Shown here: in pieces, positions 56,570 through 64,000 of the stretch | Position numbering within the stretch: position 1 is the first letter of the stretch | Layout of the letters: every line of letters begins with the position of its first letter | Assembly: GCA_963663815.1 (NCBI GenBank) | Contig: OY760734.1 | Reading direction: 5' to 3' (one strand) | Length of the DNA stretch: 64,000 nucleotides | Source: Vicinamibacterales bacterium | Lineage (GTDB): Bacteria > Acidobacteriota > Vicinamibacteria > Vicinamibacterales > UBA8438 | Translations under genes and position numbers: made by a program | The notes under the pieces: generated by a model | The model's database searches: none | Told to the model about the DNA's origin: nothing | The model's input: only the letters and a program-made list of their open reading frames with translations

Positions 56570-57154
56570 ATGACCGAAGAGGCGATGTCGTGCGCCATCG
56601 GGAGGCTGGGAGCCCGGAGAAACAGGAACGGACTGGAGAGGTACGATCGTCTTCAGCGGTCGTTGCGGAAGGTCGTCGTGACCCTGGATCGAGGCTTCCA
56701 GAACGACTTCAAGAGCTTCTACCGGGTGAGGAGAGGCAAGGAATGGTGCGAGCCGTTCTTCTCCATTCTCGAGCGTGAGAAGCGGAATCCAGGGCTGTCG
56801 TTTCGCGAGACCCTGGATGAGGTCCACGGCAGGACCGGGCGGGTCGAGGCATCGTTCAGCTCGAAGCTGGTCGCCTCCATCGATGCCAACTTGCCGGTGT
56901 GGGACAGGCATGTCCTCGGCAACCTTGGATTGAGACCACCGTACTCGAGCATGGATACACGACGACGCCTGGATCGTTGCGGCGAACTGTATTCGAAGAT
57001 TCGCAGGTGGACATCCAAGGAGATTCGGCAAGACAGCTTCAAGGAGTGGCGGCGTCGCTTCGACACCGCGTTCCCGCAATTCATGCACTTCACGGACATC
57101 AAGAAGCTCGATCTGCTCCTCTGGCAGTCCAGGTGGGTCTTCTACAGCTCGTAG
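56570..57154 (+). CDS. Hypothetical protein, HhH DNA-glycosylase-like (lower GC insertion)
   Basis: 'EASFSSKL.....NLPVWDRHV', 'KKLDLLLWQ'; composition differs from the neighbouring genes. Confidence 0.6.
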   Translation: MTEEAMSCAIGRLGARRNRNGLERYDRLQRSLRKVVVTLDRGFQNDFKSFYRVRRGKEWCEPFFSILEREKRNPGLSFRETLDEVHGRTGRVEASFSSKLVASIDANLPVWDRHVLGNLGLRPPYSSMDTRRRLDRCGELYSKIRRWTSKEIRQDSFKEWRRRFDTAFPQFMHFTDIKKLDLLLWQSRWVFYSS

Positions 57155-57329
57155 GAACGCTGGCACGCTTCGGGGCGGCGTCAAAGGTTGCAGAGGCTTC
57201 GACATCGGCGCGGACGGCGCGGGGGGACGGCGCTTGATTGGCCGATCGGGGGCGGCTAACATGGTCGCGGAACGCGATAGCGGCAGGGCGAGGATGCTGA
57301 TGAGAGGTTGCACAGCGGTTCGTGGAGGC

Positions 57330-58886
57330 ATGGCCGGGGCGCTGCTCGCGGCGGCCGGACTCGTTGCGGGCGTCGGCCCGGTCGTCGCGGCCGGGGCGTC
57401 CGCCGCGGACCGGCCGCTCGCGGACGCGGCGCAGCGGGGCGATTGGGGCGTGGTGCGCGCGCTCGTCGAGCAGGGCGCCGATGTGACGGCGCGGCAGGGC
57501 GATGGGGCGACCGCCCTGCACTGGGCCGCCTATTGGGACGAGGTCGATATCGCCGGCCTGCTGATCGACGCCGGGGCGGACGTGAACGCGGCCAACGACC
57601 TCGGGGTGACGCCGCTGTGGGCCGCCACGGAGAACGGGCGGGCGCCGATGGTGCGGCGGCTGCTCGACGCGGGGGCAAACCCGAACGTGCCGCTGCTGTC
57701 GGGCGAGACGCCGCTGATGACCGTGGCGCGGGTCGGGGCGGCGGAGGTCGCCGGCCTGCTGCTCGAGGCCGGCGCGGACGCCGATGCGACGGGGGCGCGG
57801 AGCCAGACGGCGCTGATGTGGGCGGTCGCGCAGCGGCACCCCGCTGTCGTGGAGGCGTTGCTCGCCCACGGCGCGGCCGTCGACGCCCGGTCGGACGTCT
57901 GGACCGAGGTGGTCAAGACGACCCCCGAGCCGTGGAACCCGGAGTACGTCACCGAGGTCCCGCAGGGCGGCTACACGCCGCTGCTCTTCGCGGCGCGGGT
58001 CGGCGACCTCGCCTCGGCGAAGCTGCTCGTCGAGGCCGGCGCCGACGTGGACGACGCCCCGCCCTACGGCACCAGCGCGACCGTCGTCGCCGCCCACAGC
58101 GGGCACGGCGACGTCGCGGCGTATCTGCTCGAGCAGGGCGCCGACGCGAATACGGCCGCGGCCGGGTACACGGCGCTCCACGCCGCGATTCTGCACAAGG
58201 ACGCGACGCTGGTCCGCGCGCTGCTCGACCATGGCGCGGATCCGGATGCGCCGGTGCGATCCTCCACGCCGGTGCGGCGCGACGCCGTCGACTTCTACCT
58301 GCACCCGTCCTACGTCGGCGCCACCCCGTTCTGGCTGGCCGCGCGGTTCGGTGCGCCCGGCATCATGCACATGCTCGCGGAGCGGGGAGGCAATCCGCGG
58401 GTGACCCATCATCCGACGTACTGGCCGGGCTCGCTCTCGGTGCGGGACGAGCGGACGCAGGTGCGCGAGGGCGCGACGACGGCGCTGATGGCGGCGGTCG
58501 GCCTCGGCGGCCGCAATCCGCTGGTGGCGGTCGACCGGCTGGGCCGAATCGCCGAGAGCGCGCCGGTGCGGAGCACGCGGCGCGAGCCCGACCCGGTGGC
58601 GCACCAGGCGGTCGTCCTCGAGGCGGCGCAGCTCGCGCTGGCCCTCGGGGTCGACGTCGACACCGCCAACGCCCGCGGCGACACCGCGCTGCACGCGGCC
58701 GCCGCGCGCGGATACGACGCGGTCATCGAGCTGCTGGTGGCGAACGGCGCCGACCTCGGCGTCACGAATGCCGACGGGCAGACCCCGCTCGACGTGGCGT
58801 CGAGGGGGTCGCGGCGGCTCGGTCTGGCGTGGGCCACGCCGAAGCAGAGCACCGTCGAGCTGCTGCGAACGCTCGCCGGCAACTAG
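57330..58886 (+). CDS. Secreted ankyrin-repeat protein
   Basis: Ankyrin repeats similar to 23211-24722; TTGATT-N17-TAACAT promoter-like motif at 57234-57262; start uncertain. Confidence 0.9.
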   Translation: MAGALLAAAGLVAGVGPVVAAGASAADRPLADAAQRGDWGVVRALVEQGADVTARQGDGATALHWAAYWDEVDIAGLLIDAGADVNAANDLGVTPLWAATENGRAPMVRRLLDAGANPNVPLLSGETPLMTVARVGAAEVAGLLLEAGADADATGARSQTALMWAVAQRHPAVVEALLAHGAAVDARSDVWTEVVKTTPEPWNPEYVTEVPQGGYTPLLFAARVGDLASAKLLVEAGADVDDAPPYGTSATVVAAHSGHGDVAAYLLEQGADANTAAAGYTALHAAILHKDATLVRALLDHGADPDAPVRSSTPVRRDAVDFYLHPSYVGATPFWLAARFGAPGIMHMLAERGGNPRVTHHPTYWPGSLSVRDERTQVREGATTALMAAVGLGGRNPLVAVDRLGRIAESAPVRSTRREPDPVAHQAVVLEAAQLALALGVDVDTANARGDTALHAAAARGYDAVIELLVANGADLGVTNADGQTPLDVASRGSRRLGLAWATPKQSTVELLRTLAGN

Positions 58887-58912
58887 CCTACGCGCACTGC
58901 CATGGAGAACCG

Positions 58913-59893
58913 ATGGCCGGGCTGAGAACCGGCACCGTCGTGCACAAGGAGATCGTCTCCGAGACCGTGATCCGGTTTCGGCTGGCGCCCGAGAGCGGCC
59001 ACCCGTTCCCGGACTACGAGGCGGGGCAGGCCATCCCGTTGAGCCGGGACGACTGCAAGCTGACCCGGAAGATCGGCGTCGGCCGCGACGGCAAGCCGAC
59101 CCGCGAGCCCGAGTACGACCCCTGGGGGCGGCAGACCGTCGGTCCCCTCACCCACTACTACTCGATCGCCTCCGCCCCCAGCGACACCGCGGAGCACGGC
59201 TGGCTCGAGTTCCTCGTGGCCCTCGAGCACGGCGTCCACGGGCTGTCGGGCCGTCTGAGCGAGCTGCTGTTCGGCGGCGAAGGGGACACCGCCTGCGAGG
59301 TCCGCTATCAGGACCGCATCGCCGGCGCCCTCACGCTGTCGGCGCGGGCGGGCGACGCCGCGAGCGTCCTGATGGTCGGCACCGGCACCGGGGTGGCGCC
59401 GTTCGTCTCGATGGTCCGCGAGCTCCGCGCGCGGGACGACGGCGGCGACGGCCGGCGCTACACGCTGATTCACACCGCCCGGGCCGAGGCCGAGCTGGCC
59501 TGCCGCGCCGAGCTGTTCGAGATCGAGGCGGCGGGCCGCTTCGACTTCCTGTACCTGCCGACGGTCAGCCGGCGCGCGGGAACCGCCGGCATGGACGCCC
59601 GCATCGGTCTCGGGCGGGCCAGCAACGTGGTCCGCCACGTCTACAACCTGCCCACCGCGGAGGAAGAGAAGCAGGCCCAGGCGAGGAGCGAAATCACCCG
59701 CGTGGCGGCCGATCTGGCCCTCGAGCGGCTGGTCTCCCCCCAGCTTCCCGCCCACGTGAACGCGGCCGAGCTCTCCGCCCGGGTCGCCCCGCCCGAAACG
59801 GTCCTCCTCGCCTGCGGCAATCCCGCCTCCCTCGCCGACATCGAGTCGACCGCGGGACGCCGTCAGGTGCGGTTCGAGCGGGATACGTGGTGA
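58913..59893 (+). CDS. Ferredoxin-NADP+ reductase-like flavoprotein
   Basis: 'YEAGQ', 'YYSIAS', 'G.LS', 'MVGTGTGVAPFVSM', 'ACGNP', C-terminal W. Confidence 0.8.
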   Translation: MAGLRTGTVVHKEIVSETVIRFRLAPESGHPFPDYEAGQAIPLSRDDCKLTRKIGVGRDGKPTREPEYDPWGRQTVGPLTHYYSIASAPSDTAEHGWLEFLVALEHGVHGLSGRLSELLFGGEGDTACEVRYQDRIAGALTLSARAGDAASVLMVGTGTGVAPFVSMVRELRARDDGGDGRRYTLIHTARAEAELACRAELFEIEAAGRFDFLYLPTVSRRAGTAGMDARIGLGRASNVVRHVYNLPTAEEEKQAQARSEITRVAADLALERLVSPQLPAHVNAAELSARVAPPETVLLACGNPASLADIESTAGRRQVRFERDTW

Positions 59894-59920
59894 GGCCCGT
59901 GGCGGGCGCCGGCGACTGGA

Positions 59921-60361
59921 TCACCCCGCCGGGTCGACGAACGTCACCGCGTCGTCGATGTGCAGGCCGTGCGCCAGGGTCTTGTGCACGGGGCACCGCT
60001 GCGCCACCTGGGTGAGCCGCGCCCGCTGCGCCGCGGTGAGCTCGCCGTGGATGGCGACGTCGCTGCGCACCCGCTCGATCAGGCCGTCGCCGCGCTCGTC
60101 GCAGTCGACGCAGTCGTCCGCGTGCACCCGGTCGAACTCCAGGGTCACCTCGACCCCGGCCAGGGGAATCTGCCGGCGGTCGGCGTAGAGCCGCAGGGTC
60201 ATCGCGGTGCAGGCGGCCAGGCTCCCCAGCAGGAACTCGTAGGGGGTGGGACCCGAGTCGGCGCCCCCCGCCGGCTTCGGCTCGTCGCTGCGCCAGAGGA
60301 ATCGGCGGGCGCGGATGTCGACCGCGGTGCCGTGCCTCAGCGATGCCTTGACGGTAGCCAC
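59921..60361 (-). CDS. OsmC/YhfA-family protein
   Basis: 'SDEP...GG...GPTPYE.LL.SLAACT.MT', 'RCPVHKTL'. Confidence 0.9.
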   Translation of the reverse strand: MATVKASLRHGTAVDIRARRFLWRSDEPKPAGGADSGPTPYEFLLGSLAACTAMTLRLYADRRQIPLAGVEVTLEFDRVHADDCVDCDERGDGLIERVRSDVAIHGELTAAQRARLTQVAQRCPVHKTLAHGLHIDDAVTFVDPAG

Positions 60362-60580
60362 GCGCCTGTCCCCTTTCTCCGCCGTGCGTTGCCCCGCCGG
60401 CGCCGTTTCCGGGTCCCGATCGGCCGACAGTCACGCTGCCGATCGCGGAGCCGCACCGACCGGCCGTCGAGCCCGCTGACGGCGCCGGCCGCAGGATGTG
60501 CAGTATAGCCGGCCGGGACCGGGCGCCGCCGAGGCAGCCCGTGGCGAAGACACGGAGCCCTTGCCACGGGCCCTTCCGGG

Positions 60581-61648
60581 TCAGGCGCCAGGGCCCGGCA
60601 CGGGTTCCTCCGGGGCCTCCGGCCGGTTCCTCGGCAGGCTGATGTTCACCGCCCTCGACTCGCCGTTGCGCACCGTGACGTCGGTGACGTACGACTGGTA
60701 GCCTTCGCGCCGAACCTCGATGCGGTGCCGTCCGCCGCCGACCTCGAGCTCCAGGCGCGAGCCGTCGGGGCTGTACCACTCCTCGCCGTCGACGAAGATC
60801 GACGCGTCGGCCGGCTGCACCCGCACGACGAGGCGCCCGAATCCGGCGACGGGGGCGAACGACGTCGTGGGCTCGGCGCCGAACTCGGCGAACGGGTCCG
60901 GCTCCAGCTCGGGCTCGACCTCCGCCTCGGCTCGCGGCTCCGGCGGTGGCGGCGTCGTCTCGCCCGGTCCGAGGGGCTCCATCAGGTGCTCGATGCGATA
61001 GGTCTGCCCGACGGCCAGGTACACCTGCTCCTGGATGCTGCGGTAGCCCTCGAGGCGCAGCTCGATGTCGTGTCGTCCCGGCGGCAGGCTCAGCCGCTGG
61101 AAGAACCCGTCGTAGCTGTCGACGACGCCCGCGTAGTACCCGTCGACGTAGACCTCGGTCTCCTCCGGCTTGACCTGCAGGCGGACGGAGCCGCGCTCGC
61201 GGTAGTAGTAGCCGCGGTAGTACGGATAGCCGCCCCAGGGGCCGAACGAGTACGGACCCCACTGCGGTGCGTAGAGGTACGTCGGATGGAAGAAGGGCGA
61301 GTAGTACCCGTACCCGGGGCCGTACCAGGCCCGGGTCTGCAGCACCGGCCGCGCGCGGCGTACCGCCTCTCTCGCCCGAGGGCCGTCCGCCCGCCGCCGG
61401 GCGCCCGCCGCCCGAGGCGCGCCGTCCGCCCGCCGCCGGGCGCCCGCCGCCCGTGGCGCGCCGTCCGCCCGCCGCTGGGCGCCGGCCCGCTCCGCGCCGG
61501 ACATCTGCGGTGCGCGGGTCGCCCGCCGCTCTGCGCCGGGCTGCGATGCACCGGCGGTCTGCCGAGCGTCCGCCGCCACGGGCGACGCGAGCAGGGTCAG
61601 GGCTCCGATCACGCATGACCAGGATGTGGATCTCTTCGACACAGTCAC
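60581..61648 (-). CDS. Secreted PEGA-domain protein with Tyr/Gly-rich and Arg-rich repeats
   Basis: Two 'V.P....VYVDG...G.H.IE.R.EGY' PEGA units; 39-bp tandem repeat at 61382-61480; AAGGAGG RBS before GTG 61648. Confidence 0.8.
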   Translation of the reverse strand: MTVSKRSTSWSCVIGALTLLASPVAADARQTAGASQPGAERRATRAPQMSGAERAGAQRRADGAPRAAGARRRADGAPRAAGARRRADGPRAREAVRRARPVLQTRAWYGPGYGYYSPFFHPTYLYAPQWGPYSFGPWGGYPYYRGYYYRERGSVRLQVKPEETEVYVDGYYAGVVDSYDGFFQRLSLPPGRHDIELRLEGYRSIQEQVYLAVGQTYRIEHLMEPLGPGETTPPPPEPRAEAEVEPELEPDPFAEFGAEPTTSFAPVAGFGRLVVRVQPADASIFVDGEEWYSPDGSRLELEVGGGRHRIEVRREGYQSYVTDVTVRNGESRAVNISLPRNRPEAPEEPVPGPGA

Positions 61649-61928
61649 CGGTTCATCCTCCTTGGGGTTGTCGGACGGTAGCTGTGGTTGCAAGACGCAT
61701 TCCAGTGCCGAGGGCGCCGGTGAGCCGGTTCTTCGGGTCGGCCGCCGCTGGCTTGTCGCCTTTCCCCGATGCCGTGTCACGTGTCGAGGACACTCTCGCG
61801 CCGCCGGCCTGCCCGGAAAGCGCCGCCTTCGGCTCCGCTGCCGCCCCGCGAAGCCCGCCGCCCCGAACCACCCGACGGCGCGCCCGGCGCCCTTCTCCGC
61901 GCCCCCGAGGCCGGAATCGGGGCCTGCT

Positions 61929-63620
61929 CTAGGGCGTAGACTCCTGGGCCGCGTCGTCCTGGATGGCCCGGAACATCGAGCCCGGCGCCGCGGGATGCAG
62001 GTCGGCCAACATGCGGGACGCGAAGTCGGCCAGGGCCAGCCGCGTCACGAGATACGCCCCCAGCCCCGCCGCCAGCGTCACCAGGGCGACGGCCGCGACC
62101 GAGCGGAAGAGCACGTACTGGAATCCGACGGCGATGCCCGCCCCCACCAGAAAGAGGATCATCACCCCCATCAGCGCCGAGCTGCGCGTCGGCGGCGTCT
62201 GCTTGCCGAAGGGGACGCCGTCGATCAGTCTCAGGCCGACGCCCAGATACAGGGACGCGCCCGCGATGCTGAACGCGGTGAACAGGGCCGCGTCCCGCAC
62301 CCCCCACGACCACGCCAGCACGAGCAGCCAGCCGGCGTGCGGCGCCGCGATCAGCAGCAGCCACAGCGCGGCATGGACTCCCCGCGCGAACGGACCGCTG
62401 GCCGAGTCCGGGGCGGTGGCGAAGCACCACGTGCCCTTGTGGTCGTTGCCGTAGGCGAGGAACGCGCAGACGAGGATCACGGTCAGCCCGAACAGGTGGG
62501 GCAGGAAGTGCGCGAACGCGAAGTCGGCGCCGAACGGGGATGCGTCTCGCCCGGCGATCAGCAGAGCCATGAAGCCCATGATCGCGCCGGGCAGGTTCAG
62601 GGCCATGTTGCGCCGGAACTGCCAGTCGCGGACCATCACCGTGTGCAGATACTCGAAGCCTGCGCGCCCCGCCTGGCCGCCGGCCAGTCTCGATATCCAC
62701 GGACCGGGCACCCATCTCCACCGGGTTCTCCGCCTCGGCCCGCCGGCGCTCATCAGGCCGGCCACCCGGATCAGGTGGTCCCGCGAGAACGCGCGCAGGC
62801 CGAAGACGCCGGCGACCGTCGCGACGGCCACGGCCACGGGGGCGAGAATCGTCGCGGGGCCCCCCGGCACCGCCTCGACGGCGTCGAGCCAGCTCGCGGG
62901 CGGGCGAATCGCGGCCCACCAGCCCGCGACGGTCTCCCAGACCAGGCCCCGCATGTTGAACCCGAAGATCACCAGCATGGGCAGGATCTGCACCGTGGCC
63001 GCGGCCGCCTTGAGGCGCCGGACCGGCACGATGCGAACCAGCCACCCGAACAGGCTGCAGCAGAGCAGGGCGAAGACCAGCCCGGCCCCCAGTGCGACGA
63101 GGAAGTGCAGGGGAGGGTAGGCGAAGCGCAGAGCCACGCCGCCGTGGGGGAGCGCCAGGCCGACGAGGGCCGGCACCGCGTTCATCCCCGTCACCGCATA
63201 GGCGACGATCTTCGTCAGGTGCGCGAGCTTGGCCCCCGACCAGGTGGCGCCGTCCACCGGTTGGTGGGCGAGAATCAGCCCGTCGACCGGGTTCACGAGG
63301 CTCTCGGCGATCTCGGGCATCAGGAGGACGCCGAGCTGGAAGGCGGTGAGGGCCAGGAAACCGGCGAGGTAGACGCCCGGGGCGGCGCCAGCGGCGGCGG
63401 CCAGAACACTGGCGATGGCCGAGAGGATGAACCAGATGTACATCAGGCCGCGCATGGAGTAGTCGTTGCCCATGGCGACTACTTCCTGCCGGGCGCCGAG
63501 CGTCTCGAACAGGTCGACGAGGACCCAGAAGCGGCGCACGTCGACGCCGCAGCGCTCGAGCAGCGCGGTGAACGCCGGGCCGTGGAGCAGCCGCCGGCCG
63601 AGCGCAACAAGCCTGCTCAC
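61929..63620 (-). CDS. Putative ABC exporter membrane protein
   Basis: Many TM helices; overlaps the stop of the upstream ABC ATPase gene. Confidence 0.75.
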   Translation of the reverse strand: MSRLVALGRRLLHGPAFTALLERCGVDVRRFWVLVDLFETLGARQEVVAMGNDYSMRGLMYIWFILSAIASVLAAAAGAAPGVYLAGFLALTAFQLGVLLMPEIAESLVNPVDGLILAHQPVDGATWSGAKLAHLTKIVAYAVTGMNAVPALVGLALPHGGVALRFAYPPLHFLVALGAGLVFALLCCSLFGWLVRIVPVRRLKAAAATVQILPMLVIFGFNMRGLVWETVAGWWAAIRPPASWLDAVEAVPGGPATILAPVAVAVATVAGVFGLRAFSRDHLIRVAGLMSAGGPRRRTRWRWVPGPWISRLAGGQAGRAGFEYLHTVMVRDWQFRRNMALNLPGAIMGFMALLIAGRDASPFGADFAFAHFLPHLFGLTVILVCAFLAYGNDHKGTWCFATAPDSASGPFARGVHAALWLLLIAAPHAGWLLVLAWSWGVRDAALFTAFSIAGASLYLGVGLRLIDGVPFGKQTPPTRSSALMGVMILFLVGAGIAVGFQYVLFRSVAAVALVTLAAGLGAYLVTRLALADFASRMLADLHPAAPGSMFRAIQDDAAQESTP

Positions 63621-64000
63621 GACCGGAGGCCCTCGATGATGCCGGAGACGCCGCTCATCGTCCCCTCGGTCTGCGTGAGCTGCCGGAACACGTCTTCGAG
63701 GCTCCCCCGCTCGGTCGATGTCTTCAGCTCGTCGAGCGAGCCGTCGGCGATGAGGCGGCCTTCGTGGATGATGAGGGCGCGGTCGCAGACGCGCTCGACC
63801 ACGTCGAGCACGTGCGAGCTGTAGAGGATGGTCTTTCCCTCGGCGGCGAGGGCCGCGACCAGATCCCGGACCATGAGCCCGGCGTTGACGTCGAGCCCAG
63901 ACAGGGGCTCGTCGAGCAGCACCACCTCGGGATTGTGGAGGAGGGCCGCGCTCAGCAGCACCTTCTGGCGCATGCCCTTCGAGTAGCCGTCGAGGGGGCG
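63617..64000 (-). CDS. ABC transporter ATP-binding protein (5'-truncated by window edge)
   Basis: Signature 'YSKGMRQK', Walker B 'LLDEPLSGLD', 'SSH' switch. Confidence 0.92.
   Translation of the reverse strand, partial: RPLDGYSKGMRQKVLLSAALLHNPEVVLLDEPLSGLDVNAGLMVRDLVAALAAEGKTILYSSHVLDVVERVCDRALIIHEGRLIADGSLDELKTSTERGSLEDVFRQLTQTEGTMSGVSGIIEGLRS

Noticed and set aside
56557-57244. TGATT(C/G)GCCG 9/10-bp direct repeat around the glycosylase-like gene as a target duplication
   Set aside because: Too short to be significant, and the second copy coincides with a plausible -35 box
57308-59893. 861-aa ORF suggesting an ankyrin-FNR fusion
   Set aside because: The N-terminal part is an off-frame reading of the ankyrin gene; the FNR has its own GGAG RBS and ATG at 58913
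61697-61710. Sigma-54 promoter upstream of the PEGA gene (CGGCACTGGAATGC)
   Set aside because: GG-GC spacing is 9 nt rather than the required 10

Overview
Very GC-rich bacterial DNA. The gene content (ADOP duplicated permease, two DUF1592/DUF1552 modules, 'YACHEGN' secreted proteins, three secreted ankyrin proteins, a SEL1-repeat lipoprotein, many TA and Uma2 genes) is typical of Acidobacteria (Vicinamibacterales-like, possibly a host/sponge symbiont); this taxonomy is inference. Layout: (i) 1-7.9 kb is the decayed end of an integrated element (HTH gene, frameshifted resolvase with a res-like site, ParB-like remnant, ADOP permease, EEP nuclease, P4-type tyrosine integrase). (ii) 7.9-43 kb holds periplasmic and metabolic genes (PQQ dehydrogenase, D-aminoacylase, GH4/SSS/PIG-L operon, B3 metallo-beta-lactamase, fabV, cytochrome c-copper monooxygenase, ECF sigma operon), interrupted by a 943-bp Doc toxin-antitoxin cassette bounded by a 35-bp duplication of a DUF1552 gene 3' end. 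(iii) 43.4-52.5 kb is a TA/defence island (Fic, BrnTA, two Uma2, DUF4238, RES TA). It contains a compact ~2.87-kb large-serine-recombinase element whose ends can be read from the sequence and whose accessory HTH gene appears split at an A9 run. (iv) 52.7-64 kb carries a DUF1592-DUF1552-ankyrin-FNR operon with an inserted glycosylase-like gene, then OsmC, PEGA and ABC transporter genes. No rRNA, tRNA or CRISPR array was seen. All family assignments are from motif recognition by eye, not database searches.
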